DNA of 64,000 bases from Aplysia californica (Eukaryota): assembly GCF_000002075.1 (NCBI RefSeq), contig NW_004797519.1, positions 763,644 through 827,643 of the forward strand. Reading direction: 5' to 3'. The notes below the pieces were generated by a model. That model searched no databases. It saw only the letters and a list, made by a program, of their open reading frames with translations, and was not told the DNA's origin. Within the stretch, counting starts at the first letter, position 1, and every line of letters begins with the position of its first letter. The translations under genes were made by a program, and so were the position numbers. Of the stretch, positions 11,985-24,029 are shown piece after piece.

Positions 11985-12276
11985 ACACACCAGCAGCTAC
12001 CATCTTCTGTACCTTCAGCTGAGAAGAGACATTCTGGAAGAGCGAGTGACTTGTGACCAGGATACCCTCGCCCGTCTGGCGGGCCTGGCTTTGCAGGCCG
12101 AGTACGGGGACCAAGCGGCCGTTGCCTCGGGGGAGGACTACTTTGTGGCCGAGCACTACTTCCCACTGGCCGCGGTGAGACGTCTAGGCAGCAGCTATGT
12201 GTATACCCGAGGCAGCCAAGAGCACAAGGCCTGCAAAGGAATCCCCTGCTCGCAGGCTGAGATAGAGTTCATTAAG
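11985..12276 (+). CDS. PTPN13: FERM F2 lobe exon (LYLQLRRDILEER...LALQAEYGD...AEIEFIK)
   Basis: Canonical FERM central motifs; cccag acceptor, AAG|gtgagc donor. Confidence 0.95.
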
Positions 12277-12690
12277 GTGAGCTGGCAGTGTATTGTGCCC
12301 AGGAATTGTGTATGCGTGTGTATTGTGTGTGTGTGTGCACCGGGGGGGGGGGGGGGGATCCTTTTAGAAAAATGTGTGCTGTCTACATCTGGATGTGTGC
12401 CGTCTGTGTGATTGGAAATATCCTAAAAATGTGCTATCAGTGTGTTTGGAAGTGTGCTGTCATTGTAATGTGTGCTAATAAGTGTGCTATCAGTGTGTTC
12501 GGAAGTGTGCCTTCATTGTGTTTGAAAATGAGTTATCACTGTGTTTGACTAGATCGATAATAATATTACTGAGTTTGAAAGTTGACATTTACAAACTTTC
12601 AACAAGTAATTGGTCCATCTGTTTTGTGTTTCATCGAGTAATAATATTGTTTCTACGTAGAAAGTTAATTGAATTTTCCTTGTGTTTCAG

Positions 12691-12741
12691 CATGTGCGCC
12701 ATTTGCCTGAGTATGGCATTCATTTTTACAAACTTTTCAAG
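12691..12741 (+). CDS. PTPN13: FERM exon (HVRHLPEYGIHFYKLFK)
   Basis: LPEYGxHF motif; tttcag acceptor, AAG|gtcagt donor. Confidence 0.93.
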
Positions 12742-13321
12742 GTCAGTAGTGATTTTACTCTAGTTAAAACAGGTAGATTCTTTTTGCTTCTTATTCATGA
12801 AAGCAAATTCTGCATTGGTATAACATCATATATATATATGATATGTGTCACGACACAGTAGAATCGGGTACTCATAGATTTTTTGACACGTGGAGTTATT
12901 GGTGTAATCTTAAAGCTTGTTCATTTGTCTTGTTTTTGATGATGTATACCATCTGTCGTGAATAGAAGTTGATATATTTGTGATGGAAGGAGGTGAGGGT
13001 CACCTGGTGTCAGAGGTAAAATTAATGATAAATGGGCGACAGAATTTGGTGTCTTCAAAAGTTTGTGTCCTTGGAAATGGCAATTTTACATTTTTTGTGC
13101 CTTTTATCAACATTTTTCAATAAAGTCCACACAGAAATGAGTTTTTAATGGCCTTATAATGTGTTCTCCCCCCCACCAAAAAAAAGTTTAAAAAAAACTG
13201 ATCTGAATTGCCCAGCAGGTGGGAAAATATCGGTCTATTTGATTTCATTCTTTTGACAAAGACCTGGTTTCTCCAAGATGCCGTACGTATAGCTACAGTA
13301 TACAACATTAACCCCCCACAG

Positions 13322-13542
13322 AACAAATCAGACACACAAGCATTCTTGTGGGCGGGCCTGAGCCAGCACAGTCTTGTCCTGGCGGAGCCCGGCAATGGTG
13401 GCCGCTGTATCACGCAAGAGTACCCGTGGGGCTCCATCCTCAAAATCTCCTTCAACAAACGTCGCTTCAGCCTGCAGCCCAAGGTGGAGGTGGCTCGGGG
13501 CAAACCTCCAAAGCTCAGCTTCTACACAAACTCGTACAGAAC
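13322..13542 (+). CDS. PTPN13: FERM F3 lobe exon (YPWGSILKISFNKRRFSL)
   Basis: PWxxIxKISF motif; cacag acceptor, AC|gtaagt donor. Confidence 0.93.
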
Positions 13543-13589
13543 GTAAGTCTTTCCTCGTCTGTATCATATTTTAAAGTAGTATAAGTCTT

Positions 13590-13755
13590 TCAATGTTGGA
13601 CTGGAATCTTCTGGGTAAGAGATGAAGGGGAAGGCCACGTGGAACATGGAGAAGAGTCACAGTGAATGATGTACAGTAAAGTGGGAAGACATGGAATAAT
13701 ACAGAGAGGCTAGCCCAGGATAGGGAAAGGTGGAAAGGGTTTGTCTGTGGCCCAC
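13590..13755 (+). mobile_element. RTE-clade LINE 3' fragment (degenerate)
   Basis: LDWNLLGKR*RGRPRGTWRRVT...WNNTERLAQDRERWKGFVCG. Confidence 0.7.
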
Positions 13756-13756
13756 A

Positions 13757-14800
13757 CCAACTCCTAGAGAATTTAGAATTCAAGGCGCTACCATACTTTC
13801 CTACCCCGACTCCTACACAAGTCTATCGTGATTGATTCCAATTCTACAGCACTTTCTTTTTCACACAAACACCGACAGAGCTTAAGTCCCCCCCCCCCCT
13901 ACACTCCTACAGGAAATTGATGAGTACACTTGTCTTTTAGATAAAATTCCACCATTCTCTTCCAAGAACTCGACAGACATTGCTTTACTTTTACACCAAT
14001 TTTTACAGAATGTAAGTCTTGGAAGTTGTACACCAGCGCTAGAGAATTTCAGTCTTCATTTTACTTCTGCACCAGTTCCTGTGGAATGTTAGTCTTTTTA
14101 GTTCTACACCAGCTCGTAGAGAACTTAAGTCTCCCCTTTTTTCTACACTAATGTCTACCGAATGTAAGTCTAAAATTTTACCCGACTCCTACAGAGAATA
14201 AGTTTCTTCTTATCTACATCAGTGCCTATTGGACCTAAATCTTCACCCTACAATCCTACACAATTCCTGCGGCACTTATATGACCGTATTGTGTTGCAAG
14301 TGCCATAAAAGTGTTACAAAAGCTAAAACTAAAACTGCATGACTCATACAGAAATTAATTCTACATCTTACTCCTACACCACATCCCACAGGATTTAAGC
14401 TTTCATCTCTGTTCTACACAAACTATATTATTTACTCTGTCTTTGCCACACTCCTACAAATACTCCTGCAGGATCAAAATCTCCGTCTCAGCTCACACAA
14501 ACTATTACTGACCTCAAGTCTTCACCGCACTCCTGCTCCAACTCCTACGGAATTCAAGTCTTTTTTTTAGTTCAACACCAACTTTAAGTTTCTGTCCTAC
14601 TCCAACACCCAACTCCTATGCAGCTTCAGTCTCCACCTTAGTTCTATACTAACTATTACTTGGCTTAAGTGTCCATGACATTCCCATAGAATGAACGTTT
14701 TCACATTCAATGCCAATTCTTTCAAAACTTTGTCTCCCCCTTACTTCATCCCAAACTGCTACAGAGCATGAGTCTTTTCACTATCTATCCTGTCTCCCAT
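13757..14800. repeat. Degenerate ~35-40 bp tandem repeat derived from the 13542 donor junction
   Basis: Units such as ttctacaccaactcctacagaatgtaagtctt vs exon end ttctacacaaactcgtacagaac|gtaagtctt. Confidence 0.7.
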
Positions 14801-15110
14801 GAAGGGAAAAGTATGCTTTCCATTTCTGTACAGTCTTGCATTTGTCTTGTCCTGTAGAGAAGAAAATACAAATAATAGGCTTGCATCTATTTTGCATCAT
14901 ATGTGAAAGAAAAAAGACTTACATCTGTCTTGTGTCACATATAGGGAAATGCAACTGTGACACACTTGCATCTGTCTAGTGTCTTATATTGGAGAAAGCA
15001 CCAAGCACAGTTCTATGCGTCCATCATTTGTCTTATACAGATGAGAGCTCATATGATTACAGTTCTCCTCATACTTACAACTAAACTATCTTGTCTCTTT
15101 ACACCTGCAG

Positions 15111-15199
15111 GGGAAAATACCTGCTGCAGTTCTCTACAGACTTACATCGCTTTCAAATCAGAATGAGGACCCGTCCCAGCAACTTGGAGACGCTGGCAG
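15111..15199 (+). CDS. PTPN13: FERM C-terminal helix exon (GKYLLQFSTDLHRFQIRMR)
   Basis: FERM terminal helix; ctgcag acceptor, G|gtgagg donor. Confidence 0.9.
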
Positions 15200-15448
15200 G
15201 TGAGGGAGACATTTTGTTTGCTTGTCAGGCCGAGGTTTCCTTGGCTTTGACTTGTACATTTTGTTGTGCTGCTAGTCACTGTTTGTTGTAAAGATAGTCT
15301 CTGTGTTTTGTATAATTTGTATCTGCGTGTTGAGTAGCTGATCGTTGTGTGCTGTGGGATTGATCGCTATGAGTATGTGTCGCGTAGCTTGTTTCTGTGT
15401 GTTTTGTTATTTGTACTGTTTGTGTAACTTGTCTCAGTGATCACTTTG

Positions 15449-15623
15449 TGGGTGGTTGGCGTGTGCTTTGGTGTGGTTTGCTTCTTCTTTCCAATGAAAC
15501 ATCTGTCGTCCTTATCTCCCCTTCTTTTTTATGTTTGTTACTCTCTTGTAACACCTTTAATCTTCTGGTGCTCATATGACCTTATGCAGTTGCAAGCTCC
15601 GTAAAACCTCTACTAAAAACTAC
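15449..15623 (+). mobile_element. Family A copy
   Basis: TSD tgatcactttg at 15438-15448 and 15624-15634. Confidence 0.88.
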
Positions 15624-15985
15624 TGATCACTTTGATTTGTGTAAATTGTGTGCCCAAATGTTAGAGAACTTGTCTGTGTGTTGTATTATTTGTGCTGTTT
15701 GTATAACTTGTCTCAGTGTGTTATGTAACTGATCACTTTGATTTGTTTAAATTGTGTCTAAATGTTGGATAACTTGTCACTTTGTGTGTTGTGTAAAACT
15801 TGTACTGTTTGTGTTATATAATGCGTCACTGTTTTGTGTAACTAATGTCTGTGTTTGATCAGGTTTCACTGTCTGTTGTGTAATGTGTCTTTGTGTGTTG
15901 TGTTATTTGTGCAGTTTGTCTCAGTGTGTTATGTAACCGATCACTGTGTTTTGTATAACTAATGTCCAAATGTTGAAGAACTTGT

Positions 15986-16381
15986 ACCCTGCGGGGCAGT
16001 GCCACTGACTGAAGTGTCTTAAGGCCATTCCCAAAGGGGGGACATTTCTCGTTCAAGCATAGTAAAATTGTAAATGGGCTGACTCATGAGTGTCAAGCTC
16101 ATAACTGTGCCTGATCTACAACAGGGAACTGCTACTTTTTCTTTCCTAATCCTCCTTTACTTCTTTTGTATGTTTGTCACTCTCTTGTGACCTGCTATTT
16201 TTGGGGTGCCTTGATAGTCGAAGCAGACCTTGTGCTGTTGAAGCTAAAGAGGTGAGCAGTCTAAGTCTGATTCCCAGTAAAGACTTCTCTTTTGACACCC
16301 ACCCTTTGGCGCTCATATGACCTTATGCAGTTGCGAGCGCCGTAAAACCCTCTACTATTAAAAAAAAAAAAAAAAGAAGAA
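15986..16381 (+). mobile_element. Family B copy
   Basis: TSD gaagaacttgt; poly-A tail. Confidence 0.9.
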
Positions 16382-16478
16382 GAAGAACTTGTCCCTTTGT
16401 TTTGTGTGACTAATGTCTGTGTTAGATAACTTAACGTGTCACTTCGCGTTCTGCAACTTGTCTCTTGATGTGTTGCAG

Positions 16479-16600
16479 GCGACACATCTGTGTGGATGGA
16501 ACGTGACACGGCAGACGCCGGTGTGGGGGATGACGTGGTTTGTCTTGACACAATGGACATGATGACGGCCCCTCTGGCCCATGTGGACCCCAGCCAGCTG
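16479..16600 (+). CDS. PTPN13: PTPN13-like linker exon (DTSVWMER...VDPSQL)
   Basis: ttgcag acceptor, CTG|gtgagt donor, phases 1->0. Confidence 0.8.
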
Positions 16601-17060
16601 GTGAGTGACAGGCCACGACAAGGCATGATGTGTTGAGGAGTGTCTTTTCCCTTTTGCGTCAGTGTGCTTTTTTTCTTCACTCAAACAAACAATACTCACA
16701 ACAAATCTGCCGTATAGAGATGTAGTTAACTTTTAAAACAGAGGCATTTTCTTTTGCTTAATGCCACTGACAACATATTAGACTAGTTCAGACTTCGCAA
16801 CTTTTTGAGATCTTAACTTACTGTAGTTATGGGGGACCATGGGGATTCTTCTTTCTTTTGTGAAGTCTGAGGTTTCGTTGAGTCTGATGTTGATTTTCAC
16901 AGCATACATTGTTATATCTCTCACAAACACATAACGATGTAAGCTCAACTATTATTTTGAGAGGGAACTAAAACTAAATTCGATAAGGAAGTTGGAGGGG
17001 AAAAAAGGACTCAAAATAAGCTGGTGTGCACCTTTTGTTAACTTTTCTTTTTATCTTCAG

Positions 17061-17155
17061 GCATTACCTGATGACGATGACGACGATGAAGATTTTGATG
17101 AGCCAGCAGCTAGTCCATCTCACTCTAAGCCTCAGCAGACCCTGCAGTACCGCAG
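17061..17155 (+). CDS. PTPN13: PTPN13-like acidic linker exon (ALPDDDDDDEDFDEP...)
   Basis: cttcag acceptor, AG|gtaagc donor, phases 0->2. Confidence 0.8.
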
Positions 17156-17183
17156 GTAAGCATTACATAATATCTACCAACTG

Positions 17184-17392
17184 TCATCATCATTGCCTTT
17201 CTCACCCTGGATCAGGGGATGTGCCTATCCTGGGCTAGCCTCTTGATGTTATTCCATGACTTCCCACTTTTCTGTACATCAACTTCTGTGACTCTTCTCC
17301 AGGTTTCCCATGGTCTTCCCCTTGTTCTTTTACCACGTGGGTTCCAATCCGACACTTTCCTTGTTATGCAGCTGCCCGACTTCCTGAGAGTT
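17184..17392 (-). mobile_element. RTE-clade LINE 3' fragment
   Basis: Reverse strand: ITRKVSDWNPRGKRTRGRPWETWRRVTEVDVQKSGKSWNNIKRLAQDR, with a GAT tail. Confidence 0.7.
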
Positions 17393-17549
17393 CGCTAACG
17401 ACTGTGCATTGTGTCGATCTTGTCACAATGTCTTGCGTCTGACAATTGCGTCTTTTATCTGATGATTGTGTATTGTGTCTTTCATGTCACTGTCGTGGAA
17501 TACTGTCGTAGAGACTTGTAATGGAAAACTGTTTTGAATAACTAGCGTG

Positions 17550-17995
17550 AATCACAGTAGTGGACAACTGGGTCGGACGACTGTGACTCTGTAATGGACT
17601 TGAAGTGGACGGTTCTGACTTTGTAGTGGGCAACTGTGACTTGTAGTGGACAGTTGTGACTTTGTACTGAACAGCTATGACTTTGTAGTGAACAACTGTG
17701 ACTTGTTGTGGACAACTGTGACTTGTAGTGAACAATTGTGACTTTGTGATGGACAACTGTGACTTGTAGTGAACAACTGTGACTTTGTGATGGACAACTG
17801 TGACTTGTAGTGAACAACTGTGCCTTTGAAATGGACAACTGTGACTTGTTGTGAACAACTGTGACTTTGTGATGGACAACTGTGACTTGTTGTGAACAAC
17901 TGTGACTTTGTGGTGGACAACTGTGACTTGTAGTGAACAACTGTGACTTTGTGGTGGACAACTGTGACTTGTTGTGGACAGCTGGGACTTGTAAT
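17550..17995. repeat. Minisatellite, alternating 20/21-bp units
   Basis: gtgacttgtagtgaacaact / gtgactttgtgatggacaact. Confidence 0.9.
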
Positions 17996-18580
17996 CACCT
18001 TTGGAACTTGTCCTTCTACACACTTGCACTCCTGCACTTTGTTGCCATTCTTGCTATTTTCGTTCAGGATTTTCTTCTGCTTTTTAAAGAATATGTTGAG
18101 TCTGATTTGACAGTTGTGTTGTTTTTCTGAATCACATACTTGCATTTTTTGCTTGCACTGAAACGTTTTGGAAGTTTGATCGAATTGAGAAAATTTCCCA
18201 ACACACTGCACTGAAAAAAATTGGTTTTCATTTCAACCCTAGCGGAGCCATGGCTGTGTCCATGATTTTCTTGCTCTGTGGCACTGGCGCCATTTTCTGC
18301 GAATGTTCTGCTTCTGCTCACTCTTGCTGAATGTCCTGCTTTGAAGCATGAATGTCATTTTTTGCGAATGTTTTACTCTCTCTGACTGACCTGCTCTGAA
18401 GCATGAAGTTATATGTTCTATGAATGTCCTACTCCGTAGTGTAGTTAATCCACTAACTATGAATGCCTTACTCTATAGCATGGATGTCCTATTCTATAAA
18501 CGTGGCTGTTAAAACGGTGCCACGGTCTGCCTGTCTGCCTTACTTTTTCCTTTTGTTTATTGACTTTTTAAACCAAACTC

Positions 18581-18720
18581 TGTGGGTGGTTGGAGGGCGC
18601 TACTGGTAGGTCCTACTTCTTTACTTTTCCTCTTTTGTTTCTGTCTGTGTCTTACTTTTTCCCAGCACTAAATGACCATTATTGTGTCAATGTGCTTCTC
18701 TTTACTCAAACAAACAAACA
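18581..18720 (+). mobile_element. Family C short repeat (~150 bp); other + copies near 8440, 11323, 20631, 25991, 29005, 30860, 37349, 37640, 41268, 41912, 42068, 43205, 48170, 48505, 49090; minus copy ~59380-59520
   Basis: GGGTGGTTGGAGGGTGCCACTGGTAGGTCCTACTTC...GTGCTTCTCTTTACTCAAAC(AAAC)n. Confidence 0.7.
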
Positions 18721-21433
18721 TTAACCAAACTCAAAGCATAGATATGCTATTCTGTGAATGTTCTACTGCATACTAATGGCCCACTCTGAGTCCTGGATGT
18801 CCTCTTTTACGAATGTCCTAATCTGTGACAGGGATGTCCTGTCCTGTCCTATGAATTTTCTACTTTAAACAAATGTTCTACTCTGCAGCATGACTGTCTT
18901 ACTTATGAGCACGAATGTACTATTTTAACTATGTCCTCCACTCCCCTTGATGTCTTTCTCTGTTATCATCAGTCTCTGGATGTCTGTCTTTGTGTATGTC
19001 CTCTGCCTTGAATCTCCTTCTCTGTGAATCGCCTCCTCTACCCAGAAAGTCCTCCCCTGCCCCAAATCTCCTCCTCTACTTTGGATATCATTCTATCCTA
19101 TTATTTAATATCGTCTTCTTCCCCGATTGTCCTCCTCTGTGAATGTTTTCTTTTGCCACGGATCTCCATCTCTGATTTGAACGTTCTGTCCTGTTAAAAA
19201 ATGTTTTCCTTCTTCCCTGAATCTTTTCCTCTTCCTCTGCTTAAAATGTTCTGTTCTGTTCTGTCAACGTTTTTCTTCTGTTGTCAGTCATCTCCTCTGC
19301 CTGGAGTCTTGTCTACTGCCCTGTCTGGCTTTATCGTCGCCTCCTCTGGTTTGAATCTCCTCTGTGAATGTCGGTCTCTGTCCCAATTGTCCTATTCTGT
19401 GAATGTCCTCCTCTACCTTGAATGTCCTCCCACTTTGTTGTTTGCCTGAGCATGTATGTGACTTTGCCTGCTGTGGCCTTCCGTGTTCCTCCTCCCTCTC
19501 CCNNNNNNNNNNNNNNNNNNNNNNNNNNNNNNNNNNNNNNNNNNNNNNNNNNNNNNNNNNNNNNNNNNNNNNNNNNNNNNNNNNNNNNNNNNNNNNNNNN
19601 NNNNNNNNNNNNNNNNNNNNNNNNNNNNNNNNNNNNNNNNNNNNNNNNNNNNNNNNNNNNNNNNNNNNNNNNNNNNNNNNNNNNNNNNNNNNNNNNNNNN
19701 NNNNNNNNNNNNNNNNNNNNNNNNNNNNNNNNNNNNNNNNNNNNNNNNNNNNNNNNNNNNNNNNNNNNNNNNNNNNNNNNNNNNNNNNNNNNNNNNNNNN
19801 NNNNNNNNNNNNNNNNNNNNNNNNNNNNNNNNNNNNNNNNNNNNNNNNNNNNNNNNNNNNNNNNNNNNNNNNNNNNNNNNNNNNNNNNNNNNNNNNNNNN
19901 NNNNNNNNNNNNNNNNNNNNNNNNNNNNNNNNNNNNNNNNNNNNNNNNNNNNNNNNNNNNNNNNNNNNNNNNNNNNNNNNNNNNNNNNNNNNNNNNNNNN
20001 NNNNNNNNNNNNNNNNNNNNNNNNNNNNNNNNNNNNNNNNNNNNNNNNNNNNNNNNNNNNNNNNNNNNNNNNNNNNNNNNNNNTGTGTGTGTATGTGTGT
20101 GTGTGTGTGTGTGCACAGACACATAGTAACAGCAGCTGCGCATGTTACTAGGTATCTGTGGTTGTGTCTGTGTCGTACTGTGGGTATGTGTGTGTATTTG
20201 TTTGTGTGTGTGTTGTTGTGGTTTGTATGTGTGTGTGTGTGTGTGTGTGCACAGACACATAGTAACAGCAGCTGGGATGTTACTAGGTATTTGTGGTTGT
20301 GTCTATGTCAAATCTGTGTGTGTGTTTGCGCACGCTCGTGTGTGTATGTATGTATTTTTATGCAATAAAACCCTGATAAAACAAATTTTAGGTGACACGA
20401 GAATTTGATTATGTTGTGGCAGTTATGCAGTTTTTGAGTTAAGCAGACTTAATGAAAAGAACAAAAAGGGGAGATTACTCCGTTCATACAGTTTTTTTGG
20501 CTTGTATAACGAAAGATGAGATGCCAGGCCATGTATAATGTTTTAAGTCTTATTAGCTCATAGAAAAATCAAACAATAGTCAAAAGCTTTTGAGTATTGC
20601 TTATATTTTCTATGAGCTAACAAGGGCCATGGGTGGTTGGAGGGTGCTGCTGATTGGTCTTTCGTTTTTTCTATCCCTTTGTTATTTCTGTCGGTCTACT
20701 GTTTTACTTTTCCCCTTCACATAACTGTTGTTGTGTGAATGTGCTCCACTCCGCTTCAAACAAACAGCCACACGCTCTTATAACCTTATGCAGTTGTTGT
20801 GAGCACCGTTAAACCCTTACCGTTGTGAGCACCGTTAAACCCTTACCAAACTGACGAAATCGAACAGGCTGAAACCAAAAAAGAAAGGCTGATAAGGACG
20901 CAAGTAATATGTTTGCACGGCGATTATGAAAATCATTTTTAATCAGAGGATGAAGAAGAAATCGTATTTCTGTTTGTTATAAGTGCATGCTCTGTCTCAA
21001 GAGTGTTCAATTTTTGTTCTGCAACCTTTCATCAGTGCATGTTAGATCATCAGTGTGTTGCCATTGAGCATCTTGCCTCTCTCTGCTCTTGCATTGTTTC
21101 TGAGATGTCTGGGTAAAGAAACTGCTACAAGTACGACGTTCCCATGAGCAGGATCAGATTGGGTCGGGTCAGGTCAATAATTAATATTAAATAATAAATA
21201 AAATAATAGATAATGGCGGCTTTAGAGCACACTATGAACAGACCCCTCCCATGTTGAATCAAATTTGAACCATAAGTGAAAACAGAAAACTTTGACCTTT
21301 GGTGACCATGCAGAGCTAGGTCATATCTCTCACAACTTTCTGTTCAGGGCACTCAATAGTTGCTTCAAGTGCTGACTGCTGCTTATGGCAGTTGTTGTGA
21401 TAAGAGGTTCTTGAATCCCGCAGACATGGGAAT

Positions 21434-21859
21434 ACCCCCTTGGGCGGTGCCACTGACTGTAGTGTCTTTAGGCCATTCCCAAAGGGGGGACATCCAAAGG
21501 GGGGACATTTCTCGTTCAAGCACAGTAGAATTGTAAATGGGCTGATTCATCATGTCATGCTCATAACTGTGCCTGATCTGCAACAGGGAACTGCTGCTTT
21601 TTCTTTCCTAATCCTTACTATTGTCATTTTCCTCTACTTCTTTTGTATGTTTGTCACTCTCTTGTGACCTGCTATTTCCGGGGTGCCTTGATAGTCGAAG
21701 CAGACTTTGTTCTGTTGAAGCTAGAGAGCAGGTGAGCAGAGTAAGTCTGATTTCCTGTAAGGACTTCTCTGTTGACACCCACCCCTTGGTGCTCATATGA
21801 CCTTATGCAGTTGCGAGTGCCTTAGAACCCTTTACTAAAATAAAATAAAAAATAAAAAA
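21434..21859 (+). mobile_element. Family B copy
   Basis: TSD agacatgggaa; (TAAAA)n tail. Confidence 0.9.
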
Positions 21860-22228
21860 AGACATGGGAAATCCTGATGGGTTTACATCAGCCACTCCAA
21901 ATCGACACCATCTATTACTGCACTCTGCGTGCATGAACACTGACCTTGTGACTTGTAGGCTGCTCTCATGTGACGACAAGGAACAATTTGATTCGCAACC
22001 TGGAAAAATGATCAAGACTGATTTTGAAGTGTGGTTTGCTCCTTCTTTACTATCAAATATCTATCATCCTTATCTGCCCTCCTTTTTTGTGTTTGTTACT
22101 CTCTTGTAACACCTCTAATCTTCAGCACCTATATAAAATATAACCGAATTATGTTGCAAGTGCCATATAACGCTTACTAAAACAAAGAAAGATTGGGCTG
22201 TGACTGTTCTCTTTTTTTTTCCCCTAAG

Positions 22229-22291
22229 GAACGAGTTCCAGATGGTCAAGTCTGGATTCTGCACTAGCCAGTGAAAAGACAGAACATGAAG
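22229..22291 (+). CDS. PTPN13: PTPN13-like linker exon (TSSRWSSLDSALASEKTEHE)
   Basis: Poly-T/cccctaag acceptor, G|gtaagc donor; phase-1 reading is open and matches the next exon, but the upstream phase does not match. Confidence 0.6.
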
Positions 22292-22313
22292 GTAAGCAAA
22301 ACACAGAAGATGT

Positions 22314-22722
22314 ACCCCTGGGGCGGTGCCACTGACTGAAGTGTCTTTAGACCATTCCCAAAGGGGGGACATTTCTCATTCTAATGCACAGTAGAAATGT
22401 AAATGGGCTGATCCAACAATGTCATGCTCATAATTGTGCCTGAACTACAACAGGGAACTGCTGCTTTTTCTTTCCTAATCCTTGCTATCGTCATTTTCCT
22501 CTACTTCTTTTGTATGTTTGTCACACTCTTGTGACCCGCTATTTCTGGGGTGCCTTGATAGTCGAAGCAGACTTTGTGCTGTTGAAGCTAGAGAGGTGAG
22601 CACAGTAAGTCCGATTCCCTGTTTGGATTTCTCTGTTGACATCCACCCGTTTGCGCTCAAATGACCTTATGCAGTTGCGAGCGCCGAAAAACCTCTACAA
22701 ATAAACAAATAACAAACAAAAA
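22314..22722 (+). mobile_element. Family B copy, 22 nt after a donor site
   Basis: TSD acagaagatgt. Confidence 0.9.
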
Positions 22723-22734
22723 ACAGAAGATGTC

Positions 22735-23660
22735 AGTTACAACTTCTGTCTCTTTCTGTACCACCTCTGTCTGTTTCTGTATAATTCCTGTCTCTTTCGG
22801 GACGACCTTTGTCTCTTTCAGAATGACTTGTCTTTCATCTCTTTCGGAACGACCTCTGTCTTCTAATTCTGTTACAACTACTGTCTTTTCCTGTACAACT
22901 TTTGTCTTCTGTCTCCTTGTGTACAACTTCTGTCTTTCTTTTTTTTTGTCTTCTGTTTCCTTGTGTGTGGGTGGTTGGCGGGTGCTGTGGTGTGGTATGC
23001 TTCTTCTTTTCTATCAGACATCTGTCGTCCTTATCTCCCCTTCTTCATTTTTATGTTTGTTACTCTCTTGTAACAGCTCTAATCTTCTGGCGCTCATATG
23101 ACCTTATGCAGTTGCGAGTGCCGTAAAACCTCTACCTAAACTAAAACTAAAACTGTTTCCTTGTGTACAACTTTTGTCTTCTGTTTCCTTGTGTATTATC
23201 TCTTTAAGTACAATTTCTGTCTATAATCTCTTTATGTACAATGTCTTTAATCTCTTTATGTACAATTTCTGTCTTTTATCTCTTTATGTACAATTTCTGT
23301 CTTTAATCTTTTTATGTACAATTTCTGTCTTTTATCTCTTTAAGTGCAGTTTATCTCTGTACAATTTCTGTCTTTTATCTCTTTAAGTGCAGTTTATCTC
23401 TGTACACTTTCTGTCTTTTATCTCTTTAAGTGCAGTTTATCTCTGTACAATTTCTGTCTTTTGTCTCCGTGTGTACAATTTCTGTCTTTTGTCTCTTTCT
23501 GTAATAACTTCTGTCTCTTTCTGCATATCTTCTGTCTTCGGTCTCTGTAGGTACTGCATCTGTCTCTTTCTGTACAACTTCTGTCATTTTCGGTACATCT
23601 AGTCTCTTTTTGTACAAATTTTTTTTCTGTACAGCTGCTGTCTCTCTTTGTTCATCTGCA
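22735..23660. repeat. Degenerate pyrimidine-rich minisatellite (interrupted by family A)
   Basis: tgtacaatttctgtcttttatctcttt units. Confidence 0.75.
22967..23152 (+). mobile_element. Family A copy
   Basis: TSD ctgtttccttgtgt at 22953-22966 and 23153-23166. Confidence 0.9.
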
Positions 23661-24029
23661 GNNNNNNNNNNNNNNNNNNNNNNNNNNNNNNNNNNNNNNN
23701 NNNNNNNNNNNNNNNNNNNNNNNNNNNNNNNNNNNNNNNNNNNNNNNNNNNNNNNNNNNNNNNNNNNNNNNNNNNNNNNNNNNNNNNNNNNNNNNNNNNN
23801 NNNNNNNNNNNNNNNNNNNNNNNNNNNNNNNNNNNNNNNNNNNNNNNNNNNNNNNNNNNNNNNNNNNNNNNNNNNNNNNNNNNNNNNNNNNNNNNNNNNN
23901 NNNNNNNNNNNNNNNNNNNNNNNNNNNNNNNNNNNNNCTTTCCCTTTCTGTGTGTTGTTCTACTTACAAATATTATAATTGCTGTGAAAATTTCTTTTGC
24001 TCGTTATAGTGATGTCTGTAGGTTATTTG

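Noticed and set aside
15986-16060. Hammerhead or HDV ribozyme at the family B 5' end
   Set aside because: CTGACTG does not fit the CUGANGA...GAAA core and I could not build an HDV pseudoknot by eye; left to an Infernal search.
19288-20368. Long ORFs containing X runs (also near 3.5-4.2, 7.0-7.4, 23.6-24.0, 35.5-36.0 and 43.2-43.8 kb)
   Set aside because: Artefacts of N-gaps and dinucleotide microsatellites.
21959-22028. Candidate for the missing phase 2->1 exon
   Set aside because: Weak acceptor and no donor in the required phase; it runs into a family A fragment.
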